DNA of 64,000 nucleotides, from contig JAURCS010000008.1 in assembly GCA_030828385.1 (NCBI GenBank), forward strand, positions 8,008 to 72,007, read 5' to 3'. Shown here in pieces: positions 1 to 10,007 of this stretch; the stretch's first letter is position 1; every line of letters begins with the position of its first letter. The notes beneath the pieces were generated by a model. It did no database searches and had not been told where the DNA came from. It was given only the letters and a program-made list of their open reading frames with translations. The DNA comes from Gammaproteobacteria bacterium. Lineage in GTDB: Bacteria; Pseudomonadota; Gammaproteobacteria; Pseudomonadales; Pseudohongiellaceae. A program made the translations under genes and the position numbers.

Positions 1-1719
1 CTACTTCCAACTCCTGCTTGCTCACCAGATCCTGCCAGCTTTCAGTAATCACCAGATTTAACGAGCTTAACAAAACTTCTCTGGGTTGAGCGGTAATATT
101 ATTCAAACAGAAAATACTTTGATCGCGCTTGAGGCTTTGACGCCAGAAGGCAAACACTTCGTCGCCGATATGCAGGGTGAACATAATGGCGTTGGGATGA
201 AAAGCTTTTTGCTGTTTACGAATCTTTATCAGGCATTTCAGCTCATTAAAAATCCGGCTGTGATGAGTGTCATCTCGCAAGCGCGATTCCAGCTCATCTA
301 TATCCCAGTTATGACGGTTAAGCGCCCGATTATTAGTGGTATGACTAAATTTTTCATAATCATTTTCGGTACCTACAGACTATGAATATAAAATGCCGGG
401 ACCCCTTCAACGGCCAGCATAATGGCATGTACACAGATAAACCTGGCCTCCTGCATACCGTCATCAGGATTATCCATCGTGCCCTTCAGGGCATCAAACA
501 AACTTATATTGATCTCATAAGGCTTCGCCTCTCCACTTTCCAGGGTACGCCATGACACCCTGCCACCATTATTTTCCATAAGCCCCATCAAATGTCCCAG
601 CTCTTCTTCCTCGATCAGCCCTTCCAGTGGACGCAGTCCAATGCCGTCATGCGAGGCAATGAAATTAAAAAAAGTTGTGCCTTTTTGCGCCGGCGGCATA
701 CTCATCATCCAGCTTTTCAGGGCATGACAGTTTCCGGTCACCAGGGTGTTTAATAACAGTGGTGGAAGGGAAAAGTTATAAACAAGGTGCGCTTCATTGG
801 CATTGCCAAAATAGGAAATATTTTCCACGTTGGGAATATTGGTTTCAGTAATAATAATTGCACCGGGGCTATGGTATTCAACCAGCGTCCTGATCAGGCG
901 AACAATTTCATGCGTCTGGTTAAGATTGAGACAACTGCTGCCTTCTTCTTTCCAAAGAAATGCTACCGCATCCAGGCGGAAAATCTTTACCCCCCTTTCC
1001 AGGTAAAGACGGATGATTTTGACCATCTCAAGCAGAACAGCAGGATTTCTGAAATTCAGATCGGGCTGGTCATGACTGAAGGTGCACCAGATATGCTTGC
1101 AGCCATCCAGAGTCTGTACTTCCCTGAGGATTGGAGTGGTTCTGGGACGAACCACATTGGACACATCATAGCGCTTATCCACCGCGAGAAAGTAATCCTT
1201 ACCCGGACGCTTGTTCATTTTCAGTTGCTCAAACCAGCGTCCCATTGCCGAACAATGATTGATTACCAGGTCAGACATTAAACTGAACTTTTTGGAGATT
1301 CTGCCTATATGTCCCCAGTCGCCATAACTTTCATTCACCTGGGTGTAATCAATTACAGCAAAACCGTCGTCAGAGCTGAATGGAAAGAATGGCAGGATAT
1401 GGACCCAGGACACAACTTCCTTTAGATGCTTGTCGAGAAACCGGTTAAGTGTAACAAGCGGCCTCTCGTTTTCCCTGAGTAAGGAGTTGGCATAGGTAAT
1501 GACTGCCACATCTTTTTCGTCCCAGTTATTCTTGTGCCAGCGGGGTTTTTCACAAGCAGTATCAAGGCCCATTTTTTTCAGTAACTGTTCAGTGAGTTTT
1601 TCTGTATCTGCATCAGGATAAATGAGTGACAGATGGCCCAGCACTCTTTGCTGTAGTTCTTGTTGACGCCTCTTTTTCGAGTCAGCCTCCTGTTGTGCTG
1701 CTTTGCCGGATTTAGTCAT
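1..1719 (-). pseudogene. GH13_18 sucrose-phosphorylase-family sugar phosphorylase (glucosylglycerate-phosphorylase-like by context). Frame is broken at ~373-376 as sequenced and the 3' end runs off the window.
   Basis: ORF 373..1719 (448 aa) carries family motifs ([34 protein letters not shown]) but stops at ...PAFYIHSL*. A neighbouring minus-strand frame is open from 373 to position 1 and reads GTENDYEKFSHTTNNRALNRHNWDIDELE...KQQKAFHPNA, the expected C-terminal part of the same enzyme. The gene lies directly downstream of gpgS and gpgP. Confidence 0.8.
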
Positions 1720-1788
1720 AACCTTTTTGTTACTACCTGTATTACATTAAGTCTTGCCAGTGACGGCACAATTAAACTGCCCGAGATA

Positions 1789-3008
1789 TTAATCGTACTG
1801 CTTTAAATCCTGCTCAACCGCAGCGATAAAATTATTACCCAGTTCAGGCAAGGCACTTTTTACCCGCGTCCAGCTTGGAATAAAAGGCGTTTCCTGGGGA
1901 TTTTCCAGAAAGTAATGCCCTGCTTTCATGATATTTTCAGCAAACAGTTCCACGGCTTTCTCTTCGTTATGTATATCCAGATTCAAACCATTGATCATGG
2001 CATCACTGTGATAGGAATCGACCATATCCAGAGCCAGCCGGTAATAGGTGGCTTTCAGAGTACGAAAGGTTTCCAGTGAAAGGACCACGCCCGTGGTGGC
2101 CAGTTTGCGAAAGATCGCCTTACTGATATCAATGGACATGCGTGACAGACCACCCGTTTCATCATCATAGGATACATCCTGGTGTTTATGATCATAGATA
2201 TCAGCAATGTCTACCTGGCACAGGTGGTTGTTTGAATAGTTACGATAGGTTTCGGAAAGCACACCGATTTCCAGGCCCCAGTCACTTGGAATACGAATGC
2301 CTTGCAGTACATCTGCACGCATGGAAAACTCGCCGGCAAGCGGATAACGGTAGCTGTCCATATACTCCAGGTAATCATGCGCACCAATAATTTTTTTCAG
2401 GGCCCTGAGCAAGGGCGTGACCAGCAGGCGGCAAACCCGACCATTGATCGTGCCATTGGCTACACGGGCGTAGTAGCCCTTGCAGAATTCGTAGTTGAAC
2501 TGCGGGTTGGCCACCGGGAAATAAGCTTGGCAAGCATGTCTCGACTGTAGGTGACAATGTCGCAGTCATGCAGAGCAATCGCTTCCGCTTTGCCCTGACT
2601 CAGTAGATAACCCATGCAATACCAGACATTACGTCCCTTGCCCATCTGCTTGGGTTCAAGTCCCAACTTGGATAATTCACTGTCCAGCGCTTTCAGTCGG
2701 GGACCATCATTCCATAACACGACGTGGTCCTGCGGTAGCACCTTGAAAAACTCCAGGGCTTTTTTGTACTGGGACTCATCAGCACGATCAAGACCAATGA
2801 CTATCTGGGACAAATAGGGAACCTTGGCCAGTTCAGCAACGATATTCTCCATTGCCGGCCCTTCCAGTTCCGAATACAGGCAAGGCAGAATCAACGCCAT
2901 AGGCCGGGTTTTGGCAAACTCCACAAGCTCAGCCTCCAATGCTTCCACTGGTCTGCTGCCAAGATTATGCAGGGTGGTAATAACACCGCTTTGATGAAAG
3001 TCTCCCAT
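1789..3008 (-). pseudogene. gpgS: Glucosyl-3-phosphoglycerate synthase (GT81-type), split by a one-base frameshift near 2516-2521 as sequenced
   Basis: Overlapping minus-strand ORFs 2460..3008 (182 aa) and 1789..2514 (241 aa) read as N- and C-terminal halves of one enzyme: ...HDCDIVTYSRDMLAKLI / PVANPQFNYEFCKGYYARVANG. One extra base in the GGGAAA stretch restores a single frame. The ATG shares a base with the gpgP stop (TAATG). Confidence 0.75.
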
Positions 3009-3820
3009 TATTGTGTCCCTTGTTTTTTATTTAATAATTCAAGTAAGGCTTCATTCCAGCCAACGGGCCCATAGCCAGTGGTGCGTAAAACATGTTCATG
3101 ATTGAGTACCGGAAATGCTTTTACCGGCGACTTGATCAGCACAGCAATGTCTGCAAGCTCAAGCATGGAAATATCATTTTCACTGTCACCCAATGCAATC
3201 ACCTGATAAGACACGCCGGTTTTTTCAAGATAATAATTTTTCAGCCAGTTAACCGCCTTGCCTTTGTCACATCCAGCGGAAACATGAAGGAAGCGCCCTC
3301 CCTGTAGAGTATCCAGTCCGAACCTGTTCAGGATTTGCTGAAACTGCGTTAAATGTTCTTCAGTGTCCTGCCATTGCAGTGGTTCGCCATACTCTCTTTG
3401 CATGGCTTTTCCTGCACTCTCTTCATCCAGACCAGTTGCCTCCATCAGATCAGACAATGTCATGTCACTGAAACCGGTAAAACTAAACGTATTACCCTCA
3501 TCAGAACCTTTTATTGTCTGCAGAATAGACAGAATATCAGCACGATTCATACCAAACTCTACCCGCTCATGTTTATTGCCATCTGTATCCGCAGCGGGCA
3601 CGTACACTGCTGCGCCATTTTCTGCAATGAAAGGATCCTGAATGTCTAATGCCTTCCTTATTGGCAGTATTTCAGCGGCTGTTTTACTGCTGCATAGAAT
3701 TAAGGGAATGTGCCTTGATTTAAGCAGGTCCAGCGCTTGCTGCGCCGCATTCCAAGCGTAGGTGTGGTGATCCAGCAAGGTACCATCAAGGTCTGAGACA
3801 ACGATATATTCCAGCTTCAT
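3008..3820 (-). CDS. gpgP: Glucosyl/mannosyl-3-phosphoglycerate phosphatase (HAD-IIB, YedP/MpgP family)
   Basis: 270 aa. HAD motifs VSDLDGTLLD, LCSSKT and GDSENDISML are present, and the whole length resembles E. coli YedP. It is the first gene of the gpgP-gpgS-phosphorylase string. Confidence 0.8.
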   Translation of the reverse strand: MKLEYIVVSDLDGTLLDHHTYAWNAAQQALDLLKSRHIPLILCSSKTAAEILPIRKALDIQDPFIAENGAAVYVPAADTDGNKHERVEFGMNRADILSILQTIKGSDEGNTFSFTGFSDMTLSDLMEATGLDEESAGKAMQREYGEPLQWQDTEEHLTQFQQILNRFGLDTLQGGRFLHVSAGCDKGKAVNWLKNYYLEKTGVSYQVIALGDSENDISMLELADIAVLIKSPVKAFPVLNHEHVLRTTGYGPVGWNEALLELLNKKQGTQ

Positions 3821-4153
3821 CTTTTATTTTGACCCTGAAAAAACTATATTGGCTGTTGGTATGAGGGGGTTAGAGTTTCAGCGCATTCAATCATTGTTGT
3901 TTTCCTTATTCTCATTGCCTTATTCACTGCAAGATTGATTCCGCTCCATAATGGACGCGGTTGGCCTGATTTGGCGCCAGCGCCGTAAACAGTGTTACAA
4001 AACGGTGCAAGGTTTGCCAGCATGCCTGAAATTGGTGCTTTATGTGCGCAAAGTTTGCAGAACATTGATCCCCGACATTCTTTTAATAATACAATCACCT
4101 AATCAGCATGGAGCAATAAACCTCCCTGCGCCAATAACAGGCAAGACATCATT

Positions 4154-4756
4154 ATGTATATAGACACTTCAACCCTTAGTAACAAGGAAATGTACAAGTT
4201 TCTTATCGGTGGCATAGCACCACGGCCTATTGCCTGGGCCGGCACCCGCAGTAAAGATGGCATCAACAATCTGGCGCCCTTCTCCTTTTACAATGCTTTC
4301 AGCTCTACTCCACCTATCGTCGGCTTTTCCGCTATTCCCAGGCTGGATGGTAGTAACAAGGATACTTTACAGAACATTATCGACACTGAGTGTTTTACCC
4401 TCAGCACTGTGAGCCACAAGCTGGTGCAGCAAGCCAGCAAGTCAGCTGCATTGCTGGAGCCCGATGAAGATGAATTTGATTATGCCGGGCTTGAACCCGC
4501 AGAAGCGCAAAATATCAATGCACCCTATGTGAAAGATGCCTTGCTGGTATTCGAATGCACGCTCAACCAGATTGTCAGCTTTGGCCATCACGAAGGAGCA
4601 GGAAACCTCATTCTGGGAGAAATCAAATTCATTACTATTGATGACTCCATCTACAACGATGGTTATGTAGATATTGCCAAACTGGATCCTGTTGGCCGCC
4701 TGGCTGGCAACTGGTATTCGACTATTCGCGATCGTTTTGAGTTAACAAGAGGCTAA
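4154..4756 (+). CDS. Flavin reductase-like (FMN-binding split-barrel) family protein
   Basis: 200 aa. PRPIAWAGTRSKDGINNLAPFSFYNAFSSTPPIV matches the flavin reductase domain signature. Confidence 0.7.
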   Translation: MYIDTSTLSNKEMYKFLIGGIAPRPIAWAGTRSKDGINNLAPFSFYNAFSSTPPIVGFSAIPRLDGSNKDTLQNIIDTECFTLSTVSHKLVQQASKSAALLEPDEDEFDYAGLEPAEAQNINAPYVKDALLVFECTLNQIVSFGHHEGAGNLILGEIKFITIDDSIYNDGYVDIAKLDPVGRLAGNWYSTIRDRFELTRG

Positions 4757-4759
4757 CCC

Positions 4760-5275
4760 ATGAGAATCCTTTCATATTTTCTACTCGCCACCTGCTGTTA
4801 TATTCCACTGGGACAGGCACAGCAGGCTCTGGACGACTCGACATTGAATGATGCCGAAATTACCAGTCGGCTCAACCGGGCGATACAAGGTGATACATTA
4901 CTGGATAGTGCCGACATACTGGTGGTCAGTGTGAATGGCTATGTCATGCTTGCAGGCCAGGCGCTGAGCCAGGAACAAAAACAGCAGGCATCCCTTACTA
5001 CGGCCTTTGCCAGCGACAAAATTCGACGCCTGATTAATGAGCTGGAAATTGTGGACAGCCTGGATGATAGTTTTGAGGCAAGTGATCAGGCTATTCTGGA
5101 TCAGATTATTGAGACCATACCTGGCATGTCTCCTGCCACCATCCCGGTGATTCATAACGGCGTCGTGCACTTACTGGGGCAAGTGACCCGCAGCGAAGGT
5201 GATGAAGTTGCCAATACCATCAGCCGCATGAGCGGTGTGAAAAATATTCGTCTGAGTTACGAATATATTCAGTAA
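4760..5275 (+). CDS. Secreted BON-domain (OsmY-like) protein
   Basis: 171 aa with a signal peptide and two BON-like units (ILVVSVNGYVMLAGQ, IHNGVVHLLGQV). It starts 4 nt after the preceding gene. Confidence 0.65.
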   Translation: MRILSYFLLATCCYIPLGQAQQALDDSTLNDAEITSRLNRAIQGDTLLDSADILVVSVNGYVMLAGQALSQEQKQQASLTTAFASDKIRRLINELEIVDSLDDSFEASDQAILDQIIETIPGMSPATIPVIHNGVVHLLGQVTRSEGDEVANTISRMSGVKNIRLSYEYIQ

Positions 5276-5292
5276 ATTCAAAATAAAAAAAA

Positions 5293-5327
5293 CAAAAAAA
5301 AGGGTCGCTATTGCGACCCTTTTTTTC
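5293..5327. terminator. Bidirectional rho-independent terminator
   Basis: Stem AGGGTCGC (5301-5308), loop TATT, stem GCGACCCT (5313-5320). An A-run lies upstream and a T7 run downstream. It sits between convergent genes. Confidence 0.85.
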
Positions 5328-5340
5328 AAAACAATGCCTC

Positions 5341-7503
5341 CTAGTAATCCAGAGGTGTATCTCTTATCTGGAACTGAACCATCTTGCCGGTCGTTCCTTT
5401 ACCACCTTCTGTGTGCCAGATCAGGTGAGTACCGTAGTTGGCCCAGATACTGCGACCTTTCCAGCCCAGATCAGGATCGTCAACACGGGCATCAAGCCCC
5501 CTGCTGTAGAAACCAAGTGGGTAAGGTACTCGCATATAAGTCCAGTCGCCACTTTCTGGATCAAGGGCAATCAGGGAGTCTGACCATGAACCATTAATGA
5601 TCGGGGTATCCTTGCCCAGTCCGGTAATGTCATGCTGATCTACCCAGCCGAAATAATGGAAATCGGCAGGCACATCTGTGTTGCCAATTTTAGGGCCTGG
5701 TGTCTCATAAAGGGTCCAGCCAGCCTCACAATGAGTACCCATTTCGGTACCCGCTCCATTTAATACAGGACATGCGTTGCGATCAAAATGGGCCCAATGG
5801 GAGCTGCCCGCAAGAGCGACCCAGGGATTACCTTCGCTATCGATATCCATTCCGCGCGGATCAAAGCCGGGATCAGGAATGGCGTAGACTTCAGAGATAC
5901 AGGTTTCGGGAGGGTTTGAGCCTTTATCCAGCCTGATGATTGAGCCATAAGGGTGCAGTGCACTGTTTTCATTGGCACCCCAAACGACATCAGTATCATT
6001 AGGATCAGGTATCACTGTATACATATTGGCCTGAATTTCAGTGTCAAGATTTGGATCTATTTCTTCTCCCCAGGCATTCCATGGGCGGGTAATAACCCCA
6101 TCACCATTGGTATCAATAATCTGGGGACACCAGCCCTGAGCCGCCTCCTCGTCATGGGTCAGATCAAACACACGGGTGTTTACCCAGCCAAAAACAGGAC
6201 CCAGCAGTTCATTAAAGTACAGGGTATCGTCAGGGTCTGTTCCGAACTGCAGGTGATGCGTTGCGAAACAGGTATCAATCAGCTCAAACTCACCTGTTGC
6301 CGGATCGTAGACAGAAGCCTGGCGATTGCTGAAGCTGCGTGGGTAGTATTCAGAAAACTTGTTTCCGGAATCACGATCACAAAAATCCGGCTGGTTGTTA
6401 CGTACTTTGGAGGTAATCCATACCCGGCCATCAGGACCCAACATGGCATTATGTGGATCGGACGGATTTTCAGGACCCCACAAGTGTTCATAGCCCCAGA
6501 AATTAGATGGTTGTCCCGGTGGTGGGAAACGTGAATTAACTTCACGGGGATCTTCGCGAGTTGGAATCACTACGTCATAGGCGTCATTGGAAATTGGATC
6601 AACAATAGACAACAGACCATGACCTGAAGAAACTGCATAGGTCGGCCCATAGGCATTCACTGTAGGATTGTTTTTGTCGGTGGTGATTTCATCGTGCATG
6701 AAATCGGTATCACCACCAATGTCGCGCAAGGTAACGACGATATTACGTTCGATGCCTTGAGGACGTGGCGGTGCTGGTGGTAATGCACCAGCTTCAATAC
6801 GGTCAGTCCAGTCAGCCATCATGGAGGACATCCCTGGCAGGCCAAACTGGGCGAAGTTACCAAACATGGAGCCACCGCGAACACCGGTCTGGGTGCGGTA
6901 TATCCATGCTTCCTCAGAGGAATCAAAACCCAGAGCATCCATATGACCCAGTGAACGGGTAATCTGGTTGCCTATCTGGTGGCAAAACCCGCAATCGCTT
7001 TTAAATTCATGCATCATGCGCTTCTGGCTGTTGATGGCCGGTGCAAAACCCTGTCTGGCTTCACCTTCAGCTGTTAGTACATCATCACCAGGAAACTCCA
7101 TCAGGGAAACCCAGTAATCCGCAGGATAAACTTCAGCAGCTTCAGCCGGTGTGCTTGCTACCACAGCGGTCAGATCAAGATCTCTGTCACCAGGGCGCCC
7201 TTCTACAGACTCAGAATCTGCCAGTCCATATCCCCTGACCCAAACGTTGTATGTTGCTTCAGGCAGCTGAGGCAAAACATAGTTACCATCATCATCAGTG
7301 ACGACAATTTTAATGTAGGGGGTATTGGTCTCTTTGGTTTCTGCAATGACCCAGACTCCCGCTTCCGGTCCGTCTTCGCTGGTCACCTTGCCTGTAATAT
7401 ATCCATCTGGATATTTTCGCTCACCCGCCATGGGTGCCTGTGCCATCACACTGCTGCTGATAATAAACAGACCAACCGTGATAGCGCCTAGTAACTTCTT
7501 CAT
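5341..7503 (-). CDS. Secreted protein with a CarboxypepD_reg-like domain, a single haem c motif and a propeller-like repeat region (uncharacterised; paralog of 51122..53305)
   Basis: 720 aa with a signal peptide (VMAQA). The N-terminal block is GKVTSEDGPEAGVWVIAE...DDDGNYVLPQLPEATYNVWVRGYG. There is one CxxCH (CGFCHQ). C-terminal blade-like motifs recur (GPDGRVWITS, DSEGNPWVALAG). Confidence 0.75.
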   Translation of the reverse strand: MKKLLGAITVGLFIISSSVMAQAPMAGERKYPDGYITGKVTSEDGPEAGVWVIAETKETNTPYIKIVVTDDDGNYVLPQLPEATYNVWVRGYGLADSESVEGRPGDRDLDLTAVVASTPAEAAEVYPADYWVSLMEFPGDDVLTAEGEARQGFAPAINSQKRMMHEFKSDCGFCHQIGNQITRSLGHMDALGFDSSEEAWIYRTQTGVRGGSMFGNFAQFGLPGMSSMMADWTDRIEAGALPPAPPRPQGIERNIVVTLRDIGGDTDFMHDEITTDKNNPTVNAYGPTYAVSSGHGLLSIVDPISNDAYDVVIPTREDPREVNSRFPPPGQPSNFWGYEHLWGPENPSDPHNAMLGPDGRVWITSKVRNNQPDFCDRDSGNKFSEYYPRSFSNRQASVYDPATGEFELIDTCFATHHLQFGTDPDDTLYFNELLGPVFGWVNTRVFDLTHDEEAAQGWCPQIIDTNGDGVITRPWNAWGEEIDPNLDTEIQANMYTVIPDPNDTDVVWGANENSALHPYGSIIRLDKGSNPPETCISEVYAIPDPGFDPRGMDIDSEGNPWVALAGSSHWAHFDRNACPVLNGAGTEMGTHCEAGWTLYETPGPKIGNTDVPADFHYFGWVDQHDITGLGKDTPIINGSWSDSLIALDPESGDWTYMRVPYPLGFYSRGLDARVDDPDLGWKGRSIWANYGTHLIWHTEGGKGTTGKMVQFQIRDTPLDY

Positions 7504-7797
7504 AGATCCTCCTAAAGATGACCCTGGGATAAGATAATAAATAGATAAGAATGGGTATTGAAAATTATTATAATAATTCTTTTCCCTTCAGGGAATCGCC
7601 GAGTATACCTGACTTTTTTTTCTATATTAATGCTTTTCTCCCACCTGCGGGAATACAAACAGCAGTTAAACATACAGGGTTTCGTTTTACCTGTAATCAC
7701 AATACAATCTGGCGCGTTTCATAGCAGATTTTATCCTGATCAGATTACTCAGCGATGTGACCAGGGCAATGATCAGAAACTCCAAACAGAGGTATTA

Positions 7798-9978
7798 ATG
7801 TCTAACAATATTTCAGCCAATAACCTGCAAATATCAAGGGTGCTGTATGATTTCATCGACAAAGAAGCAACGCCCGGTTCAGGCATTACAGCGGATCAGT
7901 TCTGGGACTCCCTGGCTGCCCTGATTGCTGAATTTGGTCCGAAAAACAAAGCCTTACTCAATAAAAGAGATAAACTGCAGGCTCAGATTGACGACTGGCA
8001 TAAAGCGCATGATATGGCTTATTACAAGGCCCATCGTGACGAGTACAAGCAGTTTCTGATGGATATAGGCTATCTGGTGCCAGAGGGTGAAGATTTTCAG
8101 ATAAATACCTGGAATTCAGATTTTGAAATTTCCATCGTCGCCGGCCCCCAGCTGGTGGTGCCGGTGATGAATGCACGCTATGCCTTGAATGCCGCCAATG
8201 CTCGCTGGGGCAGCCTGTTTAATGCCCTCTATGGTACCGATGTGATTCCATTTACTGGCAACGAAGCGAAAGGCTATGACGAGGTCAGGGGACAGGCGGT
8301 AATTGACTGGGCCGATGAATTCCTCGATCAGGCAATCCCTCTTGAAAGTGGCCGGCATTCACAGGTGCGTGAATACCGACTCGTCAACCAGGATGGTCAC
8401 ATCGTGCTCCAGGTAGAACTTAATGATGGCAACATTACCCAGCTGACCAACCAGGACAAGCTGGTAGGCTGGCAGGGTTTTTCCGAAGCTCCTGAAGCGC
8501 TGCTGTTTGTAAATCATGGACTGCACATTGAAATGCAGATCGACAGCGACAGCCAGATTGGCAAACAGCACCATGCCAATATCAAGGACATCGTTATGGA
8601 ATCAGCCATGACAACAATCCAGGATTGCGAAGACTCAGTAGCCGCTGTCGATGGTAATGACAAAGTTGCTGTTTACCGCAACTGGCTTGGACTGATGCGC
8701 GGCACTTTGCAGGAAACCTTTGATAAAGGCGGCAAACCGCTTACCCGTATGCTGAACCAGGACCGCTTTTACAAAGGCACCAGTGGTGAAACAGTTTCCA
8801 TGCAGGGCCGCAGCCTGCTGCTGGTTCGCAATGTGGGCCACCTGATGACTACAGATGCGGTGCTGGATCAGGATGGAAACGAAGTGCCTGAAGGCATTCT
8901 TGATGCCATGGTTACAACTCTCTGTAGCAAGCATGACCTGCTGCGAAACAGTCCCTATCGAAATAGTCGAAACGGCAATATCTATATCGTCAAACCTAAA
9001 ATGCATGGTCCGGAAGAAGCTGCCTTTACCAACGAATTGTTTAATGCCGTTGAGGATGCTCTCGACATTAAACGCAATACCATCAAAGTTGGCGTAATGG
9101 ATGAAGAGCGTCGCACCAGTGTTAATCTTAAGGAAAGTATCAGGGCGGTCAGGGAACGGGTCTTCTTTATTAATACCGGCTTCCTTGATCGAACCGGTGA
9201 CGAGATTCACACCAGCATGCATGCCGGCCCTTTCCTGCCCAAAGATGCCGTGAAGGGACAGCCCTGGATTGGCGCCTATGAAAACTCCAATGTGGATATT
9301 GGTATCAAGTGCGGGTTTATAGGCAGGGCACAAATTGGCAAGGGCATGTGGGCAAAACCTGACATGATGGCAGACATGATGAATCAGAAAGTCGCCCATC
9401 CCAATGTTGGTGCGAACTGTGCATGGGTTCCCTCCCCTACAGCGGCAACCCTGCATGCCATTCATTATCATCAGATTAATGTAACCGTAACCCAACGACG
9501 CCTTGCTTCCCGAAACCCCGCCAGTGTCGATGACATTCTTACCATTCCATTAATGACAGAAAACAATCTGTCTGCTGAAGCCATTCAAAATGAGGTCGAC
9601 AACAACGCACAGGGAATACTGGGTTACGTAGTACGCTGGATTGACAGTGGCGTCGGTTGTTCTAAAGTTCCCGACATCAACAATGTTGGCTTGATGGAAG
9701 ACCGTGCCACGTGTCGCATTTCCAGTCAACATATTGCCAACTGGTTATGTCATGGTATCTGTTCTGAAGAGCAGGTCATGGAATCCATGAAGCGAATGGC
9801 CAAAATTGTCGACGAACAAAACGCCAGTGATCCTGCTTATCGAAATATGGCACCGGATTTTGACGGCGTTGCTTTTCAGGCGGCCTGTGATCTTGTTTTT
9901 AAAGGTATGGAACAGCCCAATGGTTACACTGAACCAGTGCTGCATGCACGACGAAAAGAACTAAAAAGTAAAAGCTGA
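7798..9978 (+). CDS. glcB: Malate synthase G
   Basis: The 726-aa product from ATG 7798 (AGAGG 8 nt upstream) begins [29 protein letters not shown], a typical GlcB N-terminus. The tracked ORF start at 7558 adds 80 non-homologous residues. Confidence 0.9.
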   Translation: MSNNISANNLQISRVLYDFIDKEATPGSGITADQFWDSLAALIAEFGPKNKALLNKRDKLQAQIDDWHKAHDMAYYKAHRDEYKQFLMDIGYLVPEGEDFQINTWNSDFEISIVAGPQLVVPVMNARYALNAANARWGSLFNALYGTDVIPFTGNEAKGYDEVRGQAVIDWADEFLDQAIPLESGRHSQVREYRLVNQDGHIVLQVELNDGNITQLTNQDKLVGWQGFSEAPEALLFVNHGLHIEMQIDSDSQIGKQHHANIKDIVMESAMTTIQDCEDSVAAVDGNDKVAVYRNWLGLMRGTLQETFDKGGKPLTRMLNQDRFYKGTSGETVSMQGRSLLLVRNVGHLMTTDAVLDQDGNEVPEGILDAMVTTLCSKHDLLRNSPYRNSRNGNIYIVKPKMHGPEEAAFTNELFNAVEDALDIKRNTIKVGVMDEERRTSVNLKESIRAVRERVFFINTGFLDRTGDEIHTSMHAGPFLPKDAVKGQPWIGAYENSNVDIGIKCGFIGRAQIGKGMWAKPDMMADMMNQKVAHPNVGANCAWVPSPTAATLHAIHYHQINVTVTQRRLASRNPASVDDILTIPLMTENNLSAEAIQNEVDNNAQGILGYVVRWIDSGVGCSKVPDINNVGLMEDRATCRISSQHIANWLCHGICSEEQVMESMKRMAKIVDEQNASDPAYRNMAPDFDGVAFQAACDLVFKGMEQPNGYTEPVLHARRKELKSKS

Positions 9979-10007
9979 AGCTAAATAAGCCACTGCGGAG
10001 ACCGGTA

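Noticed and set aside
86-385. A 99-aa plus-strand ORF at the window start
   Set aside because: The opposite strand here encodes the recognisable C-terminal part of the GH13_18 phosphorylase, so the plus-strand ORF is a shadow.
3844-4098. An 84-aa minus-strand ORF in the gpgP / flavin reductase divergent intergenic region
   Set aside because: It has no RBS, no motifs and Cys/Arg-rich odd composition. The region is more plausibly a shared promoter region.
7558-7797. The 80-codon N-terminal extension of the tracked ORF 7558..9978 ([15 protein letters not shown]...)
   Set aside because: It is AT-rich, low-complexity and not protein-like. Malate synthase G homology begins at the internal ATG 7798, which has an AGAGG Shine-Dalgarno. 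The extension is read-through of the divergent promoter region.
8635-9495. A 286-aa minus-strand ORF, plus many similar 60-190-aa ORFs antisense to large genes (for example 787..1281, 5953..6534, 12202..12786, 35293..35781, 38227..38685, 41788..42360, 47919..48308)
   Set aside because: They lie entirely inside well-supported genes on the opposite strand, have no recognisable motifs and show biased low-complexity composition. These are typical shadow ORFs.
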